DNA from: a virus
Virus record (IMG/VR): IMGVR_UViG_3300028837_000601
Span: 1-39,503 of that record
DNA: 39,503 nucleotides
Direction: 5' to 3' (one strand)
The first letter of the stretch is position 1, and every line of letters begins with the position of its first letter. Shown one piece after another: positions 1 through 8,451 of this stretch. Under the pieces are notes generated by a model. It was not told the DNA's origin. It worked only from the letters and a program-made list of their open reading frames with translations, and searched no databases. The translations under genes and the position numbers were made by a program.

Positions 1-144
1 GTAACCATCAACAGCAGTCAATCCCCTACAGAATAGCATTCTATGAGCAGTCAAATCATCAATATAACCCCTAGCAACAATAGAGAAGTCCCCAGCGGTA
101 AAGTTTAACTGAGCATGAGCAGCAGGAATTTCTACATAGCTAGG
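1..144. repeat. terminal direct repeat, copy 1 (assembly overlap of a circular or terminally redundant genome)
   Basis: 1-144 is base-for-base identical to 39360-39503 (compared along the whole length). It lies inside an open reading frame. Confidence 0.95.
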
Positions 145-324
145 AATAGTAGGGTCAAAGTCAAGGGCATATCCCAGTCCGTATTTATCTTCTGGGACTA
201 ACTTCTCCTCGCCTAGATAATCAAACTTAACAGTTGAAATCCTTTTGCCCAGTGTGGAATTTATTTCTAGGCTTCTCTTTATAAGCCTGACTACTGCACC
301 ATTTACTTTAATCTCTACCTGCAT
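1..324 (-). CDS. tail-tip/baseplate protein with LamG-like domain, 5' part (codons 1-108); continues at 39359 once the duplicated 144 bp is removed
   Basis: ATG at 324 (MQVEIKVNGAVVRLIK...) lies 9 nt after the stop of the upstream gene. The frame is open to base 1. Codons 91-108 (LTAHRMLFCRGLTAVDGY) are the same bases as 39413-39360. Confidence 0.8.
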   Translation of the reverse strand, partial: MQVEIKVNGAVVRLIKRSLEINSTLGKRISTVKFDYLGEEKLVPEDKYGLGYALDFDPTIPSYVEIPAAHAQLNFTAGDFSIVARGYIDDLTAHRMLFCRGLTAVDGY

Positions 325-333
325 ATTTATACC

Positions 334-1425
334 TTAAGAATACTTAAATCTCACACCAAGAGCATGGAAGTCGTGACCAGCATCCTTCAAGGTTATCTTG
401 ATACCGACATAATCATCGGCTGCTAGGTCATCTAAAATCCCATTGGTAGCATCGTCTAAGTCCACTGCAAATAATTGGTTAGCAGTAACATTGTAGGTAG
501 TAGCAACATCGCTTTCAGAGTGAGTATTATATGCCTGACCTACTGCCCCATAATCACTATCAATATCCCAATTAGCAGTACCTTGAGTAAATAAAGGAAT
601 AACAATAAATTCAGCATTGGTGATAGCGGTGAAATCATGGGGAACCTTAAAGGCAACATGGGCTACATCATTTATAGCATCAGTGGAGGTGCCTGGAAAA
701 TCTCCCAGAGCCTCTAATTTCCAGACTGCCCCCTGAGTTCCATAAGTAACGGGGACAAAGAATTCTCTGGTAGCTACAAATCCCGCACTTGTTGTCCAGT
801 CCCAATCTGTACCGTCACTTAATGGAAGAAAACCTGCTGCCCCTATTGCCTTGCGAGTAACTGTATTGGCATCTCTATAAAGCATATCACCCCGAACAGT
901 CATTATCTGCTCGGGTGTAATGTCGTTCCTTTCAACAAAACAGTGGACATAGGTTATATGTGCATCGTAAGTTACAGAAGCGTAGTATTCCATTTCAGGG
1001 ACATCATCAAATCTATAAGCCCCATCTCCACCATAGGCTACTCCTGTGGTGATATTCCCACCTTGCTGTCCAGCCCCAGGGACGGCATCATCTACAACTG
1101 GGGGTGTGATTGTCTCATCATTGATGACTGTGGTTGCGATATGCTGAGCAGCAACAGTTCCATGCCAACCCCTGATAATATAAATCGTGTCTCCCGATAT
1201 TGCCCATATCAGAACACACTCATTCTCCATTTTAACGACATCACCAACGGCAAATGCCCCACCGCCCGATGTAAGACATTCCACATCCCATAGTTCTAGT
1301 GGAGCATCTAATACAGTTTCGCCACTATCTGCATAAGCAGCAAAGGCTGTTATCTTCCATAATTGAGCAGTAGCCCCATTCAGTGGGTCTCCATTATGTA
1401 AGAAGACTTTATTTATCGTGCCCAT
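334..1425 (-). CDS. tail-tip / fibre-like structural protein (function from position only)
   Basis: 363-aa ORF starting 1 nt after the tape-measure stop. The segment GDTIYIIRGWHGTVAAQH resembles the RG-x-GT-x-A-x-H motif I recall from phage fibre and tip proteins. Confidence 0.65.
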   Translation of the reverse strand: MGTINKVFLHNGDPLNGATAQLWKITAFAAYADSGETVLDAPLELWDVECLTSGGGAFAVGDVVKMENECVLIWAISGDTIYIIRGWHGTVAAQHIATTVINDETITPPVVDDAVPGAGQQGGNITTGVAYGGDGAYRFDDVPEMEYYASVTYDAHITYVHCFVERNDITPEQIMTVRGDMLYRDANTVTRKAIGAAGFLPLSDGTDWDWTTSAGFVATREFFVPVTYGTQGAVWKLEALGDFPGTSTDAINDVAHVAFKVPHDFTAITNAEFIVIPLFTQGTANWDIDSDYGAVGQAYNTHSESDVATTYNVTANQLFAVDLDDATNGILDDLAADDYVGIKITLKDAGHDFHALGVRFKYS

Positions 1426-1426
1426 C

Positions 1427-2935
1427 CTAACCTCCCTGTAAGCGGACTTCTTTAATTATTCTCTGGCTGATATAACCTTCTAATTCTGTCCCATCAAGGT
1501 AAATATGAAAAACATTCGTGGTCAGTTGTCCTTTTGGTGTTACTGTTTCCCCTTTGTGAACTAAAGCTAGGCCTGTCTGAGCAACAATACCACCTGTCTG
1601 AAAGCTAGGTGGGCGACCTATAGCTCCTGGTAGGTATTCATAGGGGGCTGCGACAGCAAAGCCAACAGCAGCCATAGGGGCAACTAAGCCCATCATAGCG
1701 GCTGCCATTTCCTTAAGAGATGCTGTATGAGCATCTGCTGAAGCTGTGCTTGCATCTAATGCCCCTGTCCATTTGAAAGCCTCTTCTTTGGCATCTCTAA
1801 GAGCCACTGTTTCCCGAAGAAGTTGCTCTCTCAGCATTTCAAGGCGATATATGGCTGCATCATAACCCATACTCGTCTTGTCCATAGTTTCTATCCACTC
1901 TTCTTGCCTCTTTATTGCTTCCTGTGTTGATATGGTAAATTCCTCTTCCGCTTCCTTTAGTAGATATAAACCTGTAACAAGCATGCCAATTCCAATCAAG
2001 AAAAGACCAAGCGGTGTCGTTAGGAAAAATAAAGTAGCTGTGCGGAGTGCAATCATCGCTGCTGTGGCAGCGTGTATCGCTTTAGTAAATAGGCTGAAGC
2101 CAACCAAAAGTGCACCACCAGCAACAAGGAGACCACCTAATTTCATAAGCCCTTTTATCAGCTTGGGGTTTTCCTCTATCCAAGCCGTTATCTTTTGAAT
2201 AAGCGGGACAAGTTGTTCCTCTAAAAGTTCGGTAAGTATAGGGGCTAATACTTCACCTATTGTTATCTTAACGCCACTTATGGATTCATCCAGCCGTGTC
2301 ATTGCATCGGTAAATTCCGCTGCCTTATCTGCTGCCTCTTGGTCAAAGACAATGCCTAATTTATGTGCTTCCTTTCGGAGTTCAGCCATACCATCAGCAC
2401 CCGCAGCAAATAAAGGTAAGAGTTGAGTTCCTGCCCTACCGAATATATCCTGTGCCGTTGCTGCTCTCATCGTGGGGTCTTCAAGTCCAGCAATCGCCAT
2501 AGCAATTTTATCAAACTGTTCTTCAGGTTTTAATCCTATCAAGTCTTCGGCTGCTAAACCTATGCGGTCAAATGACCTTATATAAGTAGCCATTCCCTCA
2601 GAGGCATCAATAATAGTCTTAGACATCCTCTTGACACCCTTTTCAAGAGTCTCAAGGCTTGCCCCTGATATATCGGCAGCGTGCCTTAATTCAGATAGAG
2701 CCTCAGTGGAGAAACCAGTCCTCAATGCCATCTTCTGGACTTCATCACCCATCTTAGCAAAGGTCTTGACACTCAGTGCCCCAGCAGCTAAGATGGCACC
2801 ACCCACAGCCATCATACCAATGCCGATGGCTTTCTGGTGCTTCTTAATAGATGCACCGATGCCTTTCATACCCTTATCAAGGTCTTTTGTGTCTACTCCG
2901 ACCTTTAATACGGCATCTCCTATGCTAATTGCCAT
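1427..2935 (-). CDS. tail tape measure protein
   Basis: 502-aa ORF directly after the chaperone pair. It has a TP901-type TMP core (KMALRTGFSTEALSELRHAADISGASLETLEKGVKRM), a helical A/L/E-rich composition and a central hydrophobic stretch. Confidence 0.9.
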   Translation of the reverse strand: MAISIGDAVLKVGVDTKDLDKGMKGIGASIKKHQKAIGIGMMAVGGAILAAGALSVKTFAKMGDEVQKMALRTGFSTEALSELRHAADISGASLETLEKGVKRMSKTIIDASEGMATYIRSFDRIGLAAEDLIGLKPEEQFDKIAMAIAGLEDPTMRAATAQDIFGRAGTQLLPLFAAGADGMAELRKEAHKLGIVFDQEAADKAAEFTDAMTRLDESISGVKITIGEVLAPILTELLEEQLVPLIQKITAWIEENPKLIKGLMKLGGLLVAGGALLVGFSLFTKAIHAATAAMIALRTATLFFLTTPLGLFLIGIGMLVTGLYLLKEAEEEFTISTQEAIKRQEEWIETMDKTSMGYDAAIYRLEMLREQLLRETVALRDAKEEAFKWTGALDASTASADAHTASLKEMAAAMMGLVAPMAAVGFAVAAPYEYLPGAIGRPPSFQTGGIVAQTGLALVHKGETVTPKGQLTTNVFHIYLDGTELEGYISQRIIKEVRLQGG

Positions 2936-3122
2936 GCTTCACCTTTATCCCCATTTTTGCCAATAGCTCCTTATCGCTTACAACCTTATCCCCTGGTTTT
3001 TTACTTTGCATAGCATCAAGCTCTCTCTTCTTCCGCTCTGTTAATTTCTCACACATTAAAGTAAAGAGTTCGTCAGTCCAATTATTAGATATATAGTCTG
3101 GTGTTATATGCCATTCCACCAT
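2925..3122 (-). CDS. tail assembly chaperone, frameshift-extension (gpT-like) segment
   Basis: 65-aa ORF in the -1 frame relative to 3122..3547. That frame stays open upstream through the CCCUUUA site at 3203-3209. It occupies the canonical position between the major tail protein and the tape measure. Confidence 0.75.
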   Translation of the reverse strand: MVEWHITPDYISNNWTDELFTLMCEKLTERKKRELDAMQSKKPGDKVVSDKELLAKMGIKVKHGN

Positions 3123-3547
3123 TAAGAGTTCAAAGATTCCTCCGATTGAGATTTCCTCTCCTCCTTGAACAGCCTCGTTATCACCTCTGGGGAGCTTTGG
3201 GCTAAAGGGAATGCCACAGCGATTACCTCCTTAAAGGCATCTGCCAGTTCTTTATCAGTGGCTTTACTCTCTATCTCTTCCCTATTCAAGTCTTTAGCAT
3301 AATCAAAAAAGAAGTCTACCACTTGGTCGGGCATAGTCACCAACATAGTAGTCAATACCTGCTCAAAGTCCTCCAGTGTGTCTGTAGTAACCTTGACAAG
3401 CTCAGGTATAGGGGCTATCAGTTTAATAACCTTTGCCCTCCATTCCCTTGATTCTCGGATAACCAGGGGCTTAACCTCGTATTCCTCTCCCCCTAGAATG
3501 ACCCTTATCCCAGCCTGAACGATTTTCTCCTCTTCAGTTCTAGCCAT
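3122..3547 (-). CDS. tail assembly chaperone (gpG-like)
   Basis: 141-aa acidic ORF between the major tail protein and the tape measure. AAGGAG-type RBS. Contains the slippery heptamer near its 3' end. Confidence 0.8.
   Translation of the reverse strand: MARTEEEKIVQAGIRVILGGEEYEVKPLVIRESREWRAKVIKLIAPIPELVKVTTDTLEDFEQVLTTMLVTMPDQVVDFFFDYAKDLNREEIESKATDKELADAFKEVIAVAFPLAQSSPEVITRLFKEERKSQSEESLNS
3203..3209 (-). promoter_or_regulatory. candidate -1 programmed frameshift site C_CCU_UUA (G to GT chaperone fusion, about 205 aa)
   Basis: The zero-frame codons are ttC CCT TTA (F113 P114 L115). The -1 frame from this point reads SPKLPRGDNEAVQGGEEISIGGIFELL-MVEWHITPDY... without a stop to 2925. Confidence 0.65.
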
Positions 3548-3569
3548 TTTTAACTCCTTTCAATTAGAT

Positions 3570-4076
3570 TTATACATCGGTTATAGAGCAAACATCTTCT
3601 GCCGCATCGCCCTTGTAGGCAAGGAAACTCATTGGGACAATAGTCTTTTCACCTTTCTTGTAAGACATCCCTACAGCCCCTATAGGGTGAGCATAGAGAA
3701 CATCAATAGTGCGACTAGTGCCACCCCCAACCGGGGGAATCCCATCTATTCTTAGTGAGCATGTTTGCAAAACTCCACCACCCACTGCTGCACCGATTAA
3801 GATAGGGCTTGCATGTCCATCTGCGCCAGCTATAGCGTAGCCAATATTGGCGATGGATGATTCGGCACAATTGCAGGTGATTGTGATGGTCTCTTTGGTG
3901 ATAGCTCGGTTGATAGGGAATGTTTCCTCTTCCGTTTCTATGTCGGCAACATCTGCAGTATATTCAATAGTCACGCCATCTTCGGTATAACCCACCGCTG
4001 TAGCTGCAGCTACCCCCGCTACTCCTATTTTTAGTACCGCCACCCCTGTTAATACATTTCCGATTACATTAGCCAT
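3570..4076 (-). CDS. major tail (tube) protein, short paralogue
   Basis: 168-aa ORF upstream of the chaperone pair. It is about 75 percent identical over VGYTEDGVxxEYTADxADIExEEETFPIxRAITKET to the C-terminal part of 4090..4964. Confidence 0.8.
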   Translation of the reverse strand: MANVIGNVLTGVAVLKIGVAGVAAATAVGYTEDGVTIEYTADVADIETEEETFPINRAITKETITITCNCAESSIANIGYAIAGADGHASPILIGAAVGGGVLQTCSLRIDGIPPVGGGTSRTIDVLYAHPIGAVGMSYKKGEKTIVPMSFLAYKGDAAEDVCSITDV

Positions 4077-4089
4077 TTCTACCTCCTAT

Positions 4090-4964
4090 TTATGCTATAT
4101 TATCCACTATCGTGCAGGCATCCGTAAGACCTTTCAGGGCTTGGAATGTTACGGGAACTATTGTCTTTTCACCCTTCTTGTAGCTCATACCAACCGCACC
4201 TGTAGTAGTTGCCAATGGGACAAAGATTTCACGATTAAAACCTAATGGGGTAACTCCTTTTATCTTGAGATTCATTGTCTTATTTACACCATCATCAAGC
4301 GTTAAGACGGTGCCAGCCACCACAGCACCAGCCATCGCATTATTTATATTAGCCAGTGAGCTTTCCGCCATATTGCAGGTTATAGCCAGGGTTTCCTTTG
4401 TTATTGCCCGTTGTATGGGAAAGGTCTCTTCCTCAACCTCAATATCAGCAGTGTCAGCAGTATATTCAAAGACCACACCATCCTCGGTATATCCTACCTC
4501 AGTGAATGGGCTACCCAATGACATGCCTGGTGCGCTTCCGCCAGGTTCTATCGTATAGTCGGCATTGTTGATTTTTACTGTATCAATATACTGAGTCCTT
4601 TCGGGTGATGCTTCCCACAGCTCAATTCGGACTCTTTTAAGCACCCAGTTAGCCATAGTATCAGCAAGATGAGTAGTGTTAATTTCGGCATAAACATCAC
4701 TCCAGTCATTCCCCAAGTCCCAGTCAGAGAATCCTGAGCCATCTTCTTTCCAGCCACCAAACCCGACTTTATCAGCATTAGCTGCTGTCTGTTGCACCCA
4801 ACCTGCGTGCTACCCGCATTTCCAGTCCCCCCTTTATAGAGTTTTACTGAATGAGTGCCAGCCCCCTGATGTTGGTCAGTTGACCACTCTGCGATGGCAT
4901 CATTGGGTTGCCTGACCCCTAAAGTTGCCACTCCTACTAAAACATTTGCTATTGTTAAAGCCAT
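4090..4964 (-). CDS. major tail protein paralogue with about 115-aa insertion, split into two frames (-1 shift needed between 4809 and 4575)
   Basis: ORF 4575..4964 carries the N-terminal strand (MALTIANVLVGVATLGV versus MANVIGNVLTGVAVLKIGV of 3570..4076). ORF 4090..4797 carries the conserved C-terminal domain. The downstream frame is closed by TAG at 4810-4812. Confidence 0.6.
4758..4764 (-). promoter_or_regulatory. candidate -1 slippery heptamer G_GGU_UUG inside the split tail gene
   Basis: The zero-frame codons are tcG GGT TTG (S67 G68 L69 of ORF 4575..4964). A -1 slip continues GGWKEDGSGFSDW... in the frame of ORF 4090..4797. Confidence 0.4.
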
Positions 4965-4983
4965 TTTTATACCTCCTGTCTAT

Positions 4984-5424
4984 TTATTCAGCCCGTATCA
5001 TCACACTAAAGAATGTTAGAACTCTATACATTCCAATAATATCTACATCAGCTAAATCCTGTCCCTGCACCTCCTCAATAGCTGATAAAATCCTATAAGT
5101 ATTGACCCCCACTGTAACTGCCTGCTCCTGTATTCCCTGTAAGGCATCATAGAGAACACGATATACATCTCTAGCTCCTCTTTGCCCAACCAAGCCGACC
5201 TCATCCTTTGCCCAGCAGTCAAACTGGACTGATGGGGTAACTATCCCTGGAATATATGGGGTTGAAACACCCCCTCTTGTAAGAAAGCTAATTGCCGGTA
5301 AGGTAGTGTTCTCAGGCAATCTAGGGCAATATATTCTAGGTGAGGCAGGAGCAAAGAAGGCTATAATCCCCGCATCATTTACCAGATATGTCCATATAAT
5401 CCTAGTGGTATCTGCTAAACTCAT
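4984..5424 (-). CDS. tail terminator / tail completion protein (DUF3168-like)
   Basis: 146-aa ORF immediately upstream of the tail tube genes. Pattern IYCPRLPENTTLPAISF...VQFDCWAKD. Shares a 4-nt overlap with the upstream gene. Confidence 0.6.
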   Translation of the reverse strand: MSLADTTRIIWTYLVNDAGIIAFFAPASPRIYCPRLPENTTLPAISFLTRGGVSTPYIPGIVTPSVQFDCWAKDEVGLVGQRGARDVYRVLYDALQGIQEQAVTVGVNTYRILSAIEEVQGQDLADVDIIGMYRVLTFFSVMIRAE

Positions 5425-5756
5425 CCTAGATACACCTTTATATTCTTGGGCAAATTCTTAATGTTCTTATCTAAAGCTGGTTTGAAGTAAGGGAAAGCTG
5501 GCATATTTACCGTCCCTGTTTCAAGGTATCCCCCATAACCACTTGTGGAATATACAGAGCCTTCCAACTCTTTAGCCTCAAACATTATTGACCTAGCATT
5601 ATTGCCCGTCTGTGTTTTCCACGGGTGTTCTTTTATAACCATATTGGCAATATCGGTTATCACATCTTTCAGTCCTTGCCCAGATGCCTTCTCAACCTTG
5701 TCGGTAGCCTCTTTTGTTTTAAGATTGGTTATAACCTTTATTTTTAATTGTGGCAT
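5421..5756 (-). CDS. HK97 gp10-like neck protein
   Basis: The C-terminal NMPAFPYFKPALDKN fits the gp10-family signature. Start placed at ATG 5756 (MPQLKIKV), 2 nt after the upstream TAG, rather than the track start at 5783. Confidence 0.65.
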   Translation of the reverse strand: MPQLKIKVITNLKTKEATDKVEKASGQGLKDVITDIANMVIKEHPWKTQTGNNARSIMFEAKELEGSVYSTSGYGGYLETGTVNMPAFPYFKPALDKNIKNLPKNIKVYLG

Positions 5757-5758
5757 CA

Positions 5759-6109
5759 CTACCTCACAGTTCGTAACCAACATTCTTTATGATGACTAAC
5801 TGCACTATCCTGCATATTAGAGACTAATAAAATCTCATATCTTATCCACGTTGCCGTAGCTACATCATACACATCAACCCTGTTCCGCTCGGTGATAACT
5901 ATATCCCCCAAGAATAGTTTATAATCAGCTACAATGACCTCAGCTCCTACCATTACTTCTCTTCCACTACTAGCCATCAAGCGACAATCAATCTCTATCT
6001 GTCCCGCTACTTGTGTCCAGACAGGGATTATACCCCCATAACCATCTGTGGCAACCCCAGTATCCTCAAGGACGGTGCAACTATTTATCAATAAGGTATC
6101 ATAAGCCAT
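5759..6109 (-). CDS. head closure / head-tail joining protein (SPP1 gp16 / HK97 gp9-like)
   Basis: 116 aa. Pattern WTQVAGQIEIDCRLMASSGREVMVGAEVIVADYKLFLGDIVITERNRV is typical of the Phage_H_T_join family. Synteny supports the call. Confidence 0.65.
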   Translation of the reverse strand: MAYDTLLINSCTVLEDTGVATDGYGGIIPVWTQVAGQIEIDCRLMASSGREVMVGAEVIVADYKLFLGDIVITERNRVDVYDVATATWIRYEILLVSNMQDSAVSHHKECWLRTVR

Positions 6110-6459
6110 TAGTCGTCCTCTTCCCCAATCAAGTCCATTTCAGCCCAAGTTAAATAAGGCGTTGTCGCATCCTTTTCCCTTAACTCCTTCTGTAATTTGT
6201 TCATATTAGCAATTATCTTCTGCGTGTAGGCATAGTCTCCTATCTTTTCACTATCGGGAGCTGCGGCATATTTAGCCATCCACGCTGCCAGTGCATCAGC
6301 AGCAGCTAGATTGATGTTATTTGCATTAGCAGTTAGGAAATATGTTATCTCCTTATCGGTGAATACGGCATCAGTCGCTGGGGTCACATCAGTATCACCG
6401 ATTATCAGACGAACCTTACTTACATCATCACCTACGTTAGGGTCATAAGTAGCTGTCAC
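6109..6459 (-). CDS. head-tail adaptor (gp6-like connector) candidate
   Basis: 116 aa. Contains VSKVRLIIGDTDVTPATDAVFTDKEITYFL and an Ala-rich helix. First gene of the connector set. Confidence 0.5.
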   Translation of the reverse strand: MTATYDPNVGDDVSKVRLIIGDTDVTPATDAVFTDKEITYFLTANANNINLAAADALAAWMAKYAAAPDSEKIGDYAYTQKIIANMNKLQKELREKDATTPYLTWAEMDLIGEEDD

Positions 6460-8441
6460 GGAAACCTCCTTATTATCCAGCGGTATAGAGGCATACGGGA
6501 TATATTTAGTCTCTTAATTGGTATTCTGGAAATCTGTTGCCTAGCATAAGTTCTTAGCCTAAGAATACCAAACATTGAGTCAGTTATAGTTACTACATCA
6601 GACTTAACGATAGAAAATGCCTTCTTTATTACATCAGCGATAGTAACTGTTTCTCTTTTAACTAACCCCATTGATTTGCTTAAAACATCAGTGATTGTAA
6701 CTGTATCGGCTTTCCTTAACCCCATTCCTTTAATCAGAGCATCAGCTATAGTGATAGAATCATCAAAGGGTAAGCCGAACTTCTTAGAGATTGCATCAGC
6801 TATGGCTATCGTATCGGTTTTAGCAATGCCGATGCCTTTAACTAGAGAATCGGATATTGCGATAGAATCGGCTTTACCCAATCCAACAGCCTTAATCAAG
6901 GCATCTGCAATAGTTACCGTATCTGCTATGGAGAGGTAAAACTCCACCACATCTGCTATAGAGTCGGAAATTGCAACATTATCAGCCTTCACTAATCCTA
7001 TTGCCATCTCTATAACATCTGCTATTGCGACAGAATCGGCAAGGCTTCTCTCATATGTTACCGCCCTCGCAAATGTGTCTGCGAGAGCTATGCTATCCGC
7101 CTTATTTAATCCCACCTCTTTTGAGATAGCGTCAGCTATAGCAATAGAATCGCTATGCGGTTGACCTACCCCTTTTGAGATAGCATCGGCAATAGTTTCT
7201 GTATCAGAAAAAGCCCTTTCAAATGTTGATACCAATGAAGGACTATCAGCAATGGCAACACTATCAGATTGAGCCTGACCGACTGCTTTAGAGACGGCAT
7301 CCGCTACCCCCACAGAATCAGCCTGCGGTTGCCCTACCCCTTTTGAGATGGCATCAGCTATTCCTAGACTATCTGAATGCGGTTGTCCGACAGACTTCAT
7401 GATGGTATCGGCTATTGTAACTGTATCGGATAATGCTTTTTCGTGGTCAATGCCTGCTACTGTATAATGTATCCTTATAGAAACACAATCAACATAAGCG
7501 TGGCAGGATGTTGAATCACGGGTGTTGTATGCCGAGATGTCTATACCAAAATCTTCACTTACAATATCAGTATCAGCTAATTCAGCGTTCCAAGTATCCG
7601 TCGCCCCCCCATAAGTTACTTCCTCATCTGGGGGGGTAAGAGTGTGGTCCCTCCAGATTGAAGCTGATGCCTTGTTATCCCCTATCTGCCCGGCTGTTTT
7701 GCGAAGATATAAAGCACTATCGTTAATAAACACCTCATCAACAGGCTTTTCGGCACTACGCTCCATCTTCATCTCAATACCATCTATAGTAGCCCCTTCA
7801 GGTATATCCTCAGAGGTAAAACCAAAGTTAGTAAGTCGTAGCCAATCACTATAATCTTCCTTATCAACATCGCAGTCTGCCCAGGCATCATCGCTTGCCT
7901 TAGCATTATCTGGGTTTTGCCAAGAGTTTTTACCATCTCGGTCAACATTTGCTGCTGTGCCTGGGAACTTCCAATCTGTTACTTCAGACATCTGACCTTC
8001 TGCTTCCTCACCTATACCATAAAGACTTATTGCATAATCAGCTAATAATGTGTAAGTTGTTTCATCATTCGGGTCTATGTTTTGACCATCTGCGAACCAA
8101 GCTCCATCCCCTCCAGTTGAGTCTCGTTCTATTCTACCCGCAGTAGCATATAACCCAATATAATCGCCTACTTCAACAGCTATTGAAAGCCCGCCAAATG
8201 TTTGCTCTGAGCCAGCAACTACATTACCGATAGCTACACTATCCCGACATTTTAGTGTATCGCCATTTGTAGTAAAAAATGTTCCAACAATACAATTTGC
8301 TAACTCAAGCGATGCCCAAATTTTAACAGTATCAATTGTGCCATTAGCATTAGCAGGGTTAGTTTTGGAGACATACGTCCTATCGGCAATAGTTGACCAA
8401 CTTGAACGGTCTATTGCGAGTGCACCAATATCAATAGCCAC
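6456..8441 (-). CDS. large virion-associated protein with sixteen 18-20-aa tandem repeats (fibre or beta-helix candidate)
   Basis: 661-aa ORF. Residues 343-618 are repeats of the form IADAISKxVGxxxxDSxx. Two globular N-terminal regions and a very basic C-terminal tail. Confidence 0.8.
   Translation of the reverse strand: MAIDIGALAIDRSSWSTIADRTYVSKTNPANANGTIDTVKIWASLELANCIVGTFFTTNGDTLKCRDSVAIGNVVAGSEQTFGGLSIAVEVGDYIGLYATAGRIERDSTGGDGAWFADGQNIDPNDETTYTLLADYAISLYGIGEEAEGQMSEVTDWKFPGTAANVDRDGKNSWQNPDNAKASDDAWADCDVDKEDYSDWLRLTNFGFTSEDIPEGATIDGIEMKMERSAEKPVDEVFINDSALYLRKTAGQIGDNKASASIWRDHTLTPPDEEVTYGGATDTWNAELADTDIVSEDFGIDISAYNTRDSTSCHAYVDCVSIRIHYTVAGIDHEKALSDTVTIADTIMKSVGQPHSDSLGIADAISKGVGQPQADSVGVADAVSKAVGQAQSDSVAIADSPSLVSTFERAFSDTETIADAISKGVGQPHSDSIAIADAISKEVGLNKADSIALADTFARAVTYERSLADSVAIADVIEMAIGLVKADNVAISDSIADVVEFYLSIADTVTIADALIKAVGLGKADSIAISDSLVKGIGIAKTDTIAIADAISKKFGLPFDDSITIADALIKGMGLRKADTVTITDVLSKSMGLVKRETVTIADVIKKAFSIVKSDVVTITDSMFGILRLRTYARQQISRIPIKRLNISRMPLYRWIIRRFP
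6570..7433 (-). repeat. in-frame tandem repeat, 54-nt (some 60-nt) units, 16 copies
   Basis: The protein repeats include IADTIMKSVGQPHSDSLG, IADAISKGVGQPQADSVG, VADAVSKAVGQAQSDSVA ... IADVIKKAFSIVKSDVVT. Three units carry a 2-aa insertion. Confidence 0.85.
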
Positions 8442-8451
8442 TTAATCTCCC

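Noticed and set aside
4827-4832. Homopolymer (C6) sequencing error as the cause of the split tail-tube gene
   Set aside because: Adding or removing one base in this run puts the reading frame into TAG or TAA stops within a few codons. It cannot join the two halves. An indel elsewhere in 4575-4809 remains possible.
4575-4964. ORF 4575..4964 as an independent 129-aa gene
   Set aside because: Only its first 20 or so residues resemble anything, namely the N-terminal strand of the neighbouring tail-tube protein. Its C-terminal 60 residues overlap the conserved tail-tube domain out of frame and look like frame noise. It is kept only as the no-shift product in the frameshift hypothesis.
6570-7433. 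Diversity-generating retroelement (template and variable repeats) as the explanation for the 54-nt repeats
   Set aside because: There is no reverse transcriptase gene anywhere in the genome. The repeats are in-frame tandem structural units, not a TR/VR pair with adenine-specific differences.
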